This document shows positions 52,601 through 63,301 of a stretch of DNA of 64,000 bases, piece by piece. The notes under the pieces are model-generated. The model had not been told where the DNA came from, did no database searches, and was given only the letters and a program-made list of their open reading frames with translations. The position numbers and the translations under genes were made by a program. Location: contig NMRA01000152.1 in the NCBI GenBank assembly GCA_002633005.1, positions 422,594 through 486,593 on the forward strand. Reading direction: 5' to 3'. Every line of letters starts with the position of its first letter. Position 1 is the first letter of the stretch. The stretch comes from Phoronis australis. Its lineage: Eukaryota > Animalia > Phoronida.

Positions 52601-55600
52601 NNNNNNNNNNNNNNNNNNNNNNNNNNNNNNNNNNNNNNNNNNNNNNNNNNNNNNNNNNNNNNNNNNNNNNNNNNNNNNNNNNNNNNNNNNNNNNNNNNNN
52701 NNNNNNNNNNNNNNNNNNNNNNNNNNNNNNNNNNNNNNNNNNNNNNNNNNNNNNNNNNNNNNNNNNNNNNNNNNNNNNNNNNNNNNNNNNNNNNNNNNNN
52801 NNNNNNNNNNNNNNNNNNNNNNNNNNNNNNNNNNNNNNNNNNNNNNNNNNNNNNNNNNNNNNNNNNNNNNNNNNNNNNNNNNNNNNNNNNNNNNNNNNNN
52901 NNNNNNNNNNNNNNNNNNNNNNNNNNNNNNNNNNNNNNNNNNNNNNNNNNNNNNNNNNNNNNNNNNNNNNNNNNNNNNNNNNNNNNNNNNNNNNNNNNNN
53001 NNNNNNNNNNNNNNNNNNNNNNNNNNNNNNNNNNNNNNNNNNNNNNNNNNNNNNNNNNNNNNNNNNNNNNNNNNNNNNNNNNNNNNNNNNNNNNNNNGTG
53101 ACTCAAACATGGCGATTATAAACTAAAGCCACTTGTCACCGGATGGATTCCAATAAAAGTTGGAAAAAAATAGTCCAAAGTTCCTCAGAATTATCAACAA
53201 AACTTTCACGAACAAGAACCGTCGCTTAAGTTGTGTAAATTAAGGCGATACAAACAATGAGTTTACAATGGTCACACACTGTAAGGAACAGCCATAAATA
53301 ATCGTGATTTCAACTTTCGGACTGGATTCGATTGCTAGTAACATATCTTGTTATCTAATAATGACTTTAGGCTCCCAACATTTGGCTGAGCAAACAAGCC
53401 AATTACACATCCAGCTATTGGTAACTTAGTTTCGCATACACTTCTAGCAAAGGTTGAAGTGGGAAGCACGTACTTGTGGTCGCTGTTAAACTACACATGC
53501 AATGCAAAGCATTAATATGAGCCCACTTAGTGCTTAAGACACAGCAAAGCTACAAGGGTTACTCGTTATTTCAAGCATAGCCGCTAGAGGGAGCAACAGC
53601 GGTAGAAAGGAACTGCCTCTAGGTGTTGCTTCAAAACACGGCAAGAGCCACAGTTGCAACATTACAGAGAGCAATTATTATACAAAAACAGTTAGGTGTC
53701 GTCCTTTCCTCTATGCAAACATAGGTGGTAAGTTTGAAATTCATGAAAAATATTCAAGAGGTTTGATCTCACTAAAATTGTCACTGGGGAAAGCCACGGC
53801 AGACAACGAGCAGGCAATGTCCTTATTTGGAACAAGTGTGCCCGATTTCAGATCCACCAGTGATATCAATTGAAATTGATCATGAAACTCAAATTCAATT
53901 GCGGCAGACGAAAAAAAAAAATTGTCACAAGAGAGCATAGTAGTAGCTGGATCTGGTCTCCTGAACAAGTGAGTACCAGACAAATACACGATTCCTCAAG
54001 GTCAGCAGACGTCAGACAATCTGAAGTCGGTTGATGAGAGTATACGCCCACTTTGGACTCCTCAAGGGGTTTAAAACATACGTCAGCAGACGTCAGACAA
54101 TCTGAAGTCGGTTGATGAGAGTATACGCCCACTTTGGACTCCTCAAGGTGTTTAAAACGTACGTCAGCAGACGTCAGACAATCTGAAGTCGGTTGATGAG
54201 AGTATACGCCCACTTTGTTCAAGTGGGCACAAAAACTGAGCAGCAAAATTCTTCTAGAATGACTAGTAGAACCTATGGGCTGATTTGACAAGACAAGAAC
54301 ATCGAACCAAATGTACTTTTCAGGGTGTTAAAATCAAATCTTTCCTTGAGAGATTGCGTCACATTGCTCAAAATCGTAAGAGTAAACCTTATTTAGCATG
54401 AACGCTAAACTAAATGTAATCAAGTCTAAAAAGAAGACTTCAAAAGAATTGACAATTAGGATATTCTTCCGTGTAAAATAGCCCAGGTCATGCAAACCAA
54501 AGCAGAACAGAATTGTCATCAAGCATAAAAAATAAGCATTAATCTAATCTACCTGTGGACTAAGGCATTTGGATTTGGCAATGGGAGGGGAGGTGGGATA
54601 ACTTGCCGTTTCCGGCCCCTCATAACTCTTTTGCCGACGCGCCAACGGCACTGACATCTGACTGCAGGGTGAGATACTAGGTGAGCTGGCGCTACCGGCG
54701 GGATGACCAAGGGTTGCGGGATGATGATGATACGCGTTCGTCGATGCGACCATTGGAAGAAGGTCACAGTTGATGCTGTCCGTTGACGGGGATTCGCTCA
54801 ACATCTGTTGACTGCTCAGACGGTGGCACAGGTGGCAGCGGCTCCGCACCTCTTCGGACACAGACACTAGCGCTAAGTGGTGAATAAAAGAGCTAATTAG
54901 AGAGCAATATATTGTCTGGGATCAAGAACCATTTTTAATTGATGTGATAAAAACACGACGAGGCCAACACGTGATATGTGATCCACTTAACAAATGGAGT
55001 TAAGCACACAAACTAGCAAGGTTTTTGTGGTTTTAAATTTTAAACGGGTTCACTTCAATATGTTAAACAAAAAAGGTTCATAGAGCATGACAGTTTTTAC
55101 TGCCACCTACCAGCCAGATATGGAACACTCTGGGGAGTCACCTCAAACTTGTCACGTTTGGTTGTCTTGACGACAATCGTCAACAACATGTTCAGCACTC
55201 GGATTGTTCGAGACACGGTTGTGGGTTCAGGATGTCTGAAACCTAAAATAGGGACGAACAGTGCCAATGAACAATATTTACTGTTCAGTAGTTTTACCAC
55301 AAACATTCCGTTTTGTGTAGCTACAATACGTTATAAAAACTTCACATCGGATTGAGTCCACTAACGACTTCAACAGTTGCGCCTGGTCTATCGGTTGAGA
55401 CATCTGACAAGTCTATAACCTGTAAGTCATCATTGAGAACCAATCAGATGTCTAAGCCGGTTGGCAAGTCACGAAGACAATAAAGTGCAGTCATCGACAG
55501 AGATACATCAAAATGTGTGTTACTATATATTTCCTAATCTGAATTAAGGGTTACGCCAGACATGTCTTTCAAAATACTAGTTTTGCTTTTCTGTTCAATT

Positions 55601-58600
55601 ACTGACAGCGAAATGACAAATGTTCTCCTTACATGAAAATTTAACTAGACACCTTTTTTACAGATCACTCAACAACCTGAAACACAGGTAAGCAACATGG
55701 AAATCGACCGTTAGATACCTTTCAACAGATGGCCCACCATGGCAAAGTTGAAGTTGTTCTTAAAGCTCAAACCCATAGAATGGTCAAGTTGCTTGAAGTG
55801 CCACTCTAGAGGTTCACGAGTCTCCATCATCGTCTTCTCAATACTCTGACAAAACAAAGAATGTTCATGTCTGGATATTTGTGATGCGAATTAAGAACAA
55901 ATGATAGGATGCTAGTTGTGGAAAACAGACGGAACTTTGAACCATATTTTTTGACCCTGAATTGACTTTCACTGTTTTTGATAATTGCTGGAAGTCGAAC
56001 GTAATCCAATAATAGCAAATTCGCCAAAATGAAGAAACAGACTTGCAATGTTCATAAAGCACATCTATTGGAACCAAACAAGATGAAGCTGTGTCTTGAA
56101 CGTAAAACTGGGCCTAGTTTTAACTAAAGACATTATTCCAAAACTAGCAGAGTTTGAATCGTCATGTAGATTTAGAAGCAATTTATCTGTAAAATGATTG
56201 ATAGAAGCCAAGGTTGAATAATTATAATTGTCTCCATAAACTCGTGCTCTTGCTTCCTGTATTGAATGAGGGTTGACAGCAAGAGGAATCCAACCTTCAG
56301 TTGATGCAGTGATATGATTGATAAAATCTCAAGTCTACTTCTAGTTGTCTTGACAACATACCTCCTGTTCAAACAGTCCCTGACTGTCCAACGTGTGTAA
56401 GTTCTGCTCCAGAAGGGCAAGCCCTGAGGCATAGAGATTCTGCTCATCAAGTTGTAGTACGGATATGGCCACCCAGAACAGGAACTTGTGGATGGGTGAG
56501 TCCTATGTCACAACAAGACAGCCACAGTATTGGTTACAGTTTGAATACTTTTGTATTAGCGATAAGCAAGATAAAATATTCAATAATTTTTTATACAAAA
56601 ATTTTATAGAAATGCAAAATCACAAGAAATTTCTGAAAATACCATAAAGCGTCTAACAGAAGCCGGGAGTATTCATTAATTTCAAACGTTCTCCAGAAAT
56701 GGCTTCTATTAGAGAGAGGCTTCTTGTACAGATCCGGCAATTATTAAATACTAAAACAAAACCTACCACGACAAATAGAAAAATTCCCTTAGCCAATCGT
56801 GCGCTCCAGGTCACATTATGACAGGATACAACAGACTCAGTTACTATTGGAGAACCGCGTTTATTGATTCCAGTATACCTAAACCATCACCCTTCTATCA
56901 GAAGGAGGCTTCTATTAGAAACCTGGTTGCTATTAGCAGCTTCACGATAAGTTCCAAAGGTCCATGAACTCTAGTATCTTCAAATTAAGCATGGACATAT
57001 TTTCTGGAAAATGTGATCCTTGTGACACGTCGAGTGATCTCTCGTAAACTGGTGCTTGCTACCAGTAAAACAAAACTTATACTGTAGTTTGTTAAAATAA
57101 ACATATTTATTGTTGTCAGATTTCTATTCATTTCACGCCTGCCCAATCATTTCAGAAAACCATGATTGAGGCAGTGATTCCAATCCTGTAAATAAGGTCC
57201 AGTGGCACATTTTAAAAACAATCTCCACGGGCACTTTGAGTCTTTTCTTACTTAGATTGCCAGTTTTACGAAATTCCTGTTGCCTACATTCCAACTTTGT
57301 TCAGCATATGCAAAGCTCGCTTGAACAAAAAAGCATGCACTCGTGGTTCTGCCAAACTTAATGAAGTCGTAGCAATGCTATTCAGCAAAACCTGATAGTT
57401 TAAGACAATGCATATGTGGTCTGCTACTCACGTGTTTCAGGAGGGGCTGCAGCCTGGTCAGACACAACACTATGGACTCTATCAGGTTCAAGTCTGTGTA
57501 CGATTCAAGGGCCTGACAAAGAAAAGAACAAAGTCAGTTAATTGTAAAATCAACACAAAATAGAATGACGCTGACGTCATAGAGAAGAACTAATTCTACT
57601 TAGTGATGTTACTGTTAACTCTCAGTCACAAGGTGGAGACTGCAAAGGGTGTGACTTGAGGTTGATGAGGATTGTCAGGTATTCTGAGAGTCCTGAAAAA
57701 TGTTCCATAATTCTTAAGTTGCATGAACCTAGATAAAATATCGTCTCTCCAACTTCCGAAGTAGCTTCATGGAAAAATCTAACAGTGACTGAAATCTACT
57801 TCAAGGCATACAAGCAAATATTTTGATAGTCATATTTTCAAATGAAATCAGTTTCTTCACTTGGCAAAGTATTGAAACATCAGTAAGAATGCATACTAGT
57901 GGTAATCTCAATAAATCCACTTTACAACTAACGAGCTGCAGAAAACTTATGATCCATGACTTGTGCAGAATGAATGTGAATAAAAATTTGATTCTCTAAA
58001 CAGTGAATATCTGTAATGTTATGATAAGCTGGTGTGTAACACGGCAAGATGGTTTTTGTTCTCTAGTTAGAGCTGCAAAATCAAAGCTGCGGAACAGGCA
58101 AAGACATTCTGAGAATGATTGTTCTTAGAAACCCTTACTCAACACAAAAGGTGTCCAAAGGGAAAATAAATAACAACAGCCATGCATAAACAAGGTGACA
58201 AAATGTCAAGTAAACAACAAATAGTCGAATAAACTGAGCTGCAACAAACTTAGGAATGCATGTTTCATGCAATTAAAACTATAATTTATTAATATAAACC
58301 AGGCAACACCAGGTGACACCGAAATGAAATGTTAACATAAACAACTCAACCATACACATTAAATAACTTTAAATAAAAGTATTTGTTTAAATTAAATCAA
58401 TGCAGTATTTTTTGAAAAATCTTAAATTAATTGCGTGTAGCAAACTTTTCACAAGATAAACTGTCGCATACACCTATGCTAAAGTGTGTCTTTCACAAAA
58501 CATAATCAAGTTAATAGTCCATGACGGAATAATGTTCTAGTTGTTTTGGGCATGATCTGTCCAACAGGCAACCTTCACAATGGTAGAAATCATAGCATTA

Positions 58601-61600
58601 TCTGTGCAGGCTTCAATTTTTCTTTAAATTTGAACAGATGAAAGTCACAAAACAGTTAAAAGTTTTACTAGTCACATGTCAACAATTTGGGATTCGTGTT
58701 ACTAAAGCCTTTAAGGACATTGTAGAAGCAACTTGATGAAATACATTAAAGTTTCTTATAATTAATCACATGTGGAGTTGGGAAATAGTAAACTGAAGAT
58801 CAACTACAGACTGAAAGTTGACCATAAAAATGAGTGCAACAGAATATAAGGTTTTAAAGCAATATAAGACTGAAAATAGTTTACATTATTCTAAACAGTA
58901 GTTTACACTACCTTCAAAGTTTACATCAGACATGCACACAACACCAGAATAATTACATTCTATTAGTATGAAAAGCACAGGGGCCATTACCGGAGGTACC
59001 TTGACAAGAATTCGCAGTAGCTCCTTGATTTCCGACTCTGTCACCTTCTTGCTAATACAACCATATACGATGATTGCTCGTGGCTGGATGGCTGGGTTGT
59101 ATTGGAAAGCAAACCTAGATGAACAGTCACAATGTGATAATTAGTGACATCTAGTGACGTCTAATGAAATCTAGTAATTGCTACTTGTTGCGCATTTTAC
59201 AGAAAAACAGTGACTTTGACTCTGATGGAATTACCGTTGTCCTAACCCGTTTCTTTGGTCCCAGAATTCCTGGTTGCCCTTGAATAACTCTACCAGACAG
59301 TTGGGCCACTTAGACGAGACATCTTATTTCATTGAGAACCAATCAATTGACCAGGCTGAAACTGCGGAGTTAATAAAGTGCAGCCAGAGTCAACAGTATG
59401 TGTGTGTTATTTCTGTTGTGAAGGATGATACAGAAACATCAGATCTTATATGACCTTTAATTAAAATTTTTCCATTTAGCCCCTCTTATTAACTCTGAAG
59501 GCAACATTAGTGCACATGATGAGATAAATGACTATGACCTCGCCCTGACATATGACCTTTACCTCTTGGCCACGTCAGTCCACTGCTGTAGCCATTGACG
59601 TTCTGGTATCCCACGCATGCACGCCTCCATTATTTCCAGCAGTGCGTCAGTGATCAACTCCAGTGAACTCAAGGATAGGCGTTCCTGCTCGCTACCTGTG
59701 TTACACAAGATAAACCTTTCAAGTTTATACACGGAATCCTTAAACTTTTTATGGCATCATAATTTCTCGACTGACTAAGATGATTGCCACCGAGGACAGG
59801 TTGTAATAATGACATCAGAACAGAATGGTTAAGTGCCAATTTCTGTAGACACGGTACTTACCAAAGTGGTGAGCAAAGGAGCGATCGCCTGGTCTGTATG
59901 TAGACCGGAAAGCACTGACAGCAGCTGACTTGACTTTACTGATGCCAAACAGCTGGTAGAACTTGGGTAGTGAGAACTCGGTAAGACTCATCTTTAGTAC
60001 TCGGATGGTCTCCTCTGAAACAGTCGAGACTTTACAATGAACTGTAACGTTGTAATTTGACAAATGAACACAGGAATGATAGCAGAACAAGTCATTGCTT
60101 TACTTCAACCGTCTAAAATCTTGTGAGATTAAATTACTGAACCAGCCAAAATGGTTACTGCCTTTGAGATTTATGCAAAGCCAATTCAAAAACAATTCTC
60201 ATGTTATAGTAAATGCTTGATGGTATACCCAAAGCTGAAAGTGTAACATCTTCTTCACTGGTGTAACTAGACCTAAAATCGTAGACATAAATCTTACCAT
60301 TGAATGAATGTTGACCACAAAATCAGAGGGATTGAATCAAATTGAAAGAATAGGACACACACCTTTTTGTACAGAGCGAGGGCTGCATTTAATAGAACAT
60401 CAATATGTCTTACCATTAAATGACAATTGCGGACAGGTACAGAGAGAGTGAATCATGTTGATGACAAGCCCATGCGTTGAGGCGCGAAGTGACAAGGGAC
60501 CAGTGCACACTAAAAGTGTCACTATGTGGAATAAGAATGGCAGGTGGCTGGCAACTGGAAACACAAACGACACGATTCATGGATTAAGAAGACTTAAATT
60601 TCACGGTTTTCAAAATAGAACTGAAAAGGGATGCCACTGTAAGGGGCATAACATTTTTCTTACAGGTCCACTTTCGAAAAATTTCAATTAAAAGGCATCA
60701 GAAAATGAATTAGTGGCTGTTTTAAAACGTTTTCTACACACGTCTTTATGACCATGTTTTGTGGTGTTTTATCTGCTGTAAATTACGAGTAGAAAAACGG
60801 TCTTGACAAGCTGAGAAACTCACCGTCCAAAGAGTTGTTGAAGGAGAGCATGAGTAAGTAGCGGGCGAGGATAGCGATATCATCCCACATAAGGTGGTGC
60901 TCCAGAGTGGGGGTGGGTGACATGCACGTCTTGTCAATCAACTGCAAGAACAGGACTGGTCTGTAACTTACAGAACGTTATCTACACTTCTCAGCATAAC
61001 ACTGTCTCCTCAATTTAGGACAGTGAAACTTGTCAGAAAAGGTGGAATCCAAACACTTTCTGACTTAAGAGATAGGTAATTTTCTCATAAATGCATCAAC
61101 CATAAGTTTCAATAGTACGATAATCTTTATGTCAGTACACAATCAAGGGAATAATTCCGGATTTCTTAGGATTTAACTCGACATACTCAACTGCTAGAAA
61201 TTAAGGAATATTCCAGCTAGTGCCAGGGCTTGGAAAGATCCATGATGAAAAAAAGAGGAAAAATTTCCAGGTAATGGATTGTTCTGCAAATAAATTGGGT
61301 TATGTGTTTTGTGTTGTAAACTTTAACTGCAAGAAAAGTTTTTTGCACAAATAAAGTCAAAATAATGATAGAAAAGAGAAGAAAAGAGGAAACTGGAAAT
61401 CAAATAAGAGGAAACAAAAAAGGGGAAATCCTCTTAAAAGAGGAAAATTCCAAGCCCTGTAGTGCCCAGGAATTAATACCACGAATAATGTACAAGAGAT
61501 GAAACACTAAATGCGACCAAAACAGAAACAAAGTAGGCTTACCCTGCATAATCTGCTAATCACTTTCCTAGACACCAACCGGACATTTGACGAGGCAAGC

Positions 61601-63301
61601 GCTACCGCAGTATCAGCCATTATCTCTGCCTGTACACTCCCTAAGCCACCAGTAACACTTCGCTAAAACAAATAAACGTGGACTCTGTAATAATTTGATG
61701 TGGAGTGGTAAAGTCTATGAGTGGAGTGGCATCAACTGAAGCTCATCCCAACAATCTGTTGGTCGCTCATGGCTTAGTGAGTAAAATTCTAAGTAGTACA
61801 GTTTAATTGTTTTCAAAATGAAGTAGACAAACTTTGACAGAACTTTATTCGACTTTGCCAAACTTGGACAAACTTCTTTCCAGAATTATTCGGCAGTTTA
61901 GTTGAAATTTCGCGGCAATAAAATGTCATTTTTGTCCAACCTTATTTACAGATTAATGTGACATTTTTGTGTCTAGCCACAAATAGTTTATTTTAAAATC
62001 GACTTGAAAGACAAGTTGAGATATTTGAGAAGACAATAGAAAATGTTCTACCATACTAAGAGTTTAATGCATGGTTTGTGTAAAGACTCACCTTGATAAA
62101 ACTATCCAGCACCATGTCTAGAAGGTCTGCCACCTGTCCAATGTTACCCCAGATCTTAGCCTGGATGGAGGGGTACATCTCTACCTCGTCTATTGTCATG
62201 GAGATGAGCTTGTCAAGGATTGTGGCCACCTTCTGTCTTTTGTTATCATCTGAGTGCTTACAAAACCTGTGATACGACAGAAACAAATCAAATCCGGGAA
62301 AGTGATCGGTGCCTTCAGTTAGCATTCACATTTTATGCATTGAAATTTTAATTATTTTTAAAATGGATATGATCAAATTATGCCTCTAGATATTTATGGA
62401 AGGTGAGAATAAGTGAAATTACTAGTTTGATGTACTTTTAGCATTAATCTAAGCAGACAGTATGGCTCAGTGGTTTGAGCTCCGGACTCCTGTTTGGGAG
62501 ATCCTGATTCAAATCCTGGCTATACTGGCAGACCGAGCATTGCACAAAGGTGTCTTCTTTCTACTCCTTTGAGCTCAGTCCTACTAATGAATGTATGCAA
62601 TGGAGTGAATGAGAACCTGGATATAATGCGAAAGTGATTTCTGGGGATGTGCTATTATTTAAGAAAGAAAATATCTAAGAAAATCTTAGCAACCATAAAA
62701 CAGGAGCACATTATCCCATAAAAGCACAACTGGTTTAAACTGATGCTAAAATGCACTTGGTGTAATAAATGCTACAAATATGAATGTTGTTACAATCATA
62801 ATAAAACACTGGACAAGGATGGCAGTTCCCACATCATAAAATCCTCGTTCTTCATTAGCACAGGAAAAAAAACGCATTGTATGATTGAAAAAGTTTTCAA
62901 AATGTAAGGCCACTAACACAAGTCTGAGTTGACTCACAAAAGATGTGAATGTTTTTCAGTGTCTCATTCAGGTTTTCGATTTCTTGTTTGTCTGCATTAC
63001 ATACTAACTAAATTTAATATAAAACAGTGATTATCAGCACCCTACAACTGTGAGGCATTGTGGGTTAATAACACAAAATCCAAGAGAGGGCGCTGTAGTG
63101 TTGAATTGGTTCCCTACCTGGTCAACTGAGGGAGCCACGGAGTCATATACTCAAGACAGAGATGTTTCATCTCTATATTGGAGTTCCTGAAGCCTTGGAT
63201 ACATTCCTCTAGGAACTCTAGTGTCAGATGAGGCTCATTGGCTGCCAGCTTCTCACTAATGAACTTGATAAAGATGGTATTATTGGATGGAATACACAAG
63301 C
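40257..63301 (-). CDS. NF1: Neurofibromin (NF1 Ras-GAP), 3' portion spanning 18 coding exons (C-terminal HEAT-like and tail regions); 5' part outside the window
   Basis: The spliced translation is colinear with human NF1 from [21 protein letters not shown] through [12 protein letters not shown] to the basic tail [11 protein letters not shown]. All junctions are GT-AG with compatible phases; 2816 coding nt counting the duplicated exons once. Confidence 0.97.
43984..44035. repeat. 13-bp tandem repeat x4 (atgatcttgtgaa)
   Basis: Units start at 43984, 43997, 44010 and 44023. Confidence 0.9.
45479..45640. repeat. Degenerate (TAG)n microsatellite
   Basis: tagtagtggtag...tagtggtagtaggtagttgtagtaatgatagtcatag... 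Confidence 0.75.
45938..46077 (-). CDS. NF1: NF1 exon ([46 protein letters not shown])
   Basis: ttccag| and a|gtaagt; 140 nt, phase 2 to 1; LLDSKIN motif. Confidence 0.95.
46249..46317 (-). mobile_element. Degenerate tRNA-like head (SINE fragment or tRNA pseudogene)
   Basis: Minus strand ttgcaaagtggtaacgtcgtggcttgcgagcttgaagatttcgggatcgaatcacgatgagacc has A-box-like and B-box-like (ggatcgaatc) motifs at tRNA spacing; cloverleaf not intact. Confidence 0.4.
47447..47547 (-). CDS. NF1: NF1 exon ([34 protein letters not shown])
   Basis: atttcag| and at|gtgagt; 101 nt; [15 protein letters not shown] motif. Confidence 0.95.
47917..48042 (-). CDS. NF1: NF1 exon ([42 protein letters not shown])
   Basis: ctacag| and ttg|gtatgt; 126 nt; LLD-x-[13 protein letters not shown] motif. 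Confidence 0.93.
48657..48785 (-). CDS. NF1: NF1 exon ([43 protein letters not shown])
   Basis: Branch-like cactaat plus tgtgtag| acceptor, aag|gtaagg donor; 129 nt, phase 0-0; GC-rich open frame between exon M and the VSNEN exon. Confidence 0.82.
50731..50866. repeat. 81-bp VNTR, 2-unit version
   Basis: gtcagcagacgtcagacaatctgaagtcggttgatga.agtatacgcccactttg units at 50731 and 50812. Confidence 0.9.
51203..51522 (-). CDS. NF1: NF1 exon M, copy 2 (probably allelic duplicate)
   Basis: 320 nt; identical protein with 8 synonymous differences; acceptor CAG here versus TAG in copy 1. Confidence 0.85.
51763..51894 (-). CDS. NF1: NF1 exon L, copy 2 (probably allelic duplicate)
   Basis: 132 nt; one synonymous difference (CGC/CGT, Arg) from copy 1. 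Confidence 0.85.
52357..52483 (-). CDS. NF1: NF1 exon K, copy 2 (probably allelic duplicate)
   Basis: Same 127 nt and splice sites as 55719-55845. Confidence 0.85.
52542..53097. other. Assembly gap (556 N)
   Basis: Run of N. Confidence 1.
54001..54217. repeat. 81-bp VNTR, 3-unit version
   Basis: Units at 54001, 54082 and 54163. Confidence 0.9.
54553..54872 (-). CDS. NF1: NF1 exon M, copy 1 ([20 protein letters not shown]...[30 protein letters not shown])
   Basis: cacttag| and cag|gtagat; 320 nt; the VSEEVRSRC motif is followed by a Ser/Pro-rich segment. Confidence 0.88.
55111..55242 (-). CDS. NF1: NF1 exon L, copy 1 ([44 protein letters not shown])
   Basis: attttag| and g|gtagg; 132 nt. 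Confidence 0.9.
55719..55845 (-). CDS. NF1: NF1 exon K, copy 1 ([42 protein letters not shown])
   Basis: ttttgtcag| and g|gtatct; 127 nt; identical to 52357-52483. Confidence 0.9.
56362..56502 (-). CDS. NF1: NF1 exon ([47 protein letters not shown])
   Basis: catag| and gag|gtatg; 141 nt; [11 protein letters not shown] motif. Confidence 0.95.
56642..56947. mobile_element. Degenerate Tc1/mariner-type MITE in an NF1 intron
   Basis: TA|ccataaagcgtctaacagaagccgg versus reverse-complemented right end TA|tcgtgaagctgctaatagcaaccag; repeated subterminal ggcttctattaga motifs. Confidence 0.5.
57432..57512 (-). CDS. NF1: NF1 exon ([27 protein letters not shown])
   Basis: tttgtcag| and |gtgagt; 81 nt, phase 0-0. 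Confidence 0.92.
59000..59114 (-). CDS. NF1: NF1 exon ([38 protein letters not shown])
   Basis: atctag| and aag|gtacc; 115 nt; FAFQYNP..QPRA motif. Confidence 0.95.
59563..59695 (-). CDS. NF1: NF1 exon ([45 protein letters not shown])
   Basis: cacag| and ag|gtaaag; 133 nt; [11 protein letters not shown] motif. Confidence 0.95.
59862..60014 (-). CDS. NF1: NF1 exon ([51 protein letters not shown])
   Basis: gtttcag| and g|gtaag; 153 nt; [22 protein letters not shown] motif. Confidence 0.95.
60414..60554 (-). CDS. NF1: NF1 exon ([47 protein letters not shown])
   Basis: tttccag| and g|gtaag; 141 nt; [15 protein letters not shown] motif. Confidence 0.95.
60824..60941 (-). CDS. NF1: NF1 exon ([39 protein letters not shown])
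   Basis: cttgcag| and g|gtgag; 118 nt; [12 protein letters not shown] motif. Confidence 0.95.
61224..61459. mobile_element. MITE with perfect 12-bp TIRs and 6-bp TSD (TAGTGC)
   Basis: cagggcttggaa ... ttccaagccctg; tagtgc at 61218-61223 and 61460-61465; several internal aagaggaaa motifs. Confidence 0.75.
61543..61662 (-). CDS. NF1: NF1 exon ([40 protein letters not shown])
   Basis: ttttag| and |gtaag; 120 nt, phase 0-0; [10 protein letters not shown] motif. Confidence 0.95.
62092..62266 (-). CDS. NF1: NF1 exon ([58 protein letters not shown])
   Basis: cacag| acceptor, |gtgagt donor; 175 nt; [11 protein letters not shown] motif. Confidence 0.95.
62453..62660 (+). mobile_element. tRNA-derived SINE in an NF1 intron (antisense to NF1)
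   Basis: Pol III A box tggctcagtgg at 62463-62473 and B-box-like gattcaaatcc at 62506-62516; body shared with 18404-18597. Confidence 0.75.
63118..63301 (-). CDS. NF1: NF1 exon ([62 protein letters not shown])
   Basis: Acceptor gttttccag, donor ag|gtagg; 184 nt, phase 1 to 2; near-identical to the NF1 motif [12 protein letters not shown]. Confidence 0.95.

Larger units (their letters stand above)
49820..55903. other. Near-identical 2.7/2.8-kb segments (49820-52541 and 53098-55903) flanking an assembly gap; probable uncollapsed haplotypes
   Basis: Both copies start gtgactcaaacatggcg and end ttaagaacaaatg. Each abuts the N-run at 52542-53097 exactly. Scattered SNPs and indels. Confidence 0.85.

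Noticed and set aside
52465-53126. Four ORFs of about 200 aa in the ORF track
   Set aside because: They are translations of the N gap.
53866-54291. 141-aa ORF with 27-aa repeats (and 50626-50895)
   Set aside because: Translation of the intronic 81-bp VNTR; the frame is not preserved between the two copies and no protein family is recognisable.
62453-62525. Possible tRNA gene
   Set aside because: A and B boxes are present, but there is no full cloverleaf and it continues into a body shared with another copy, so it is a SINE head.
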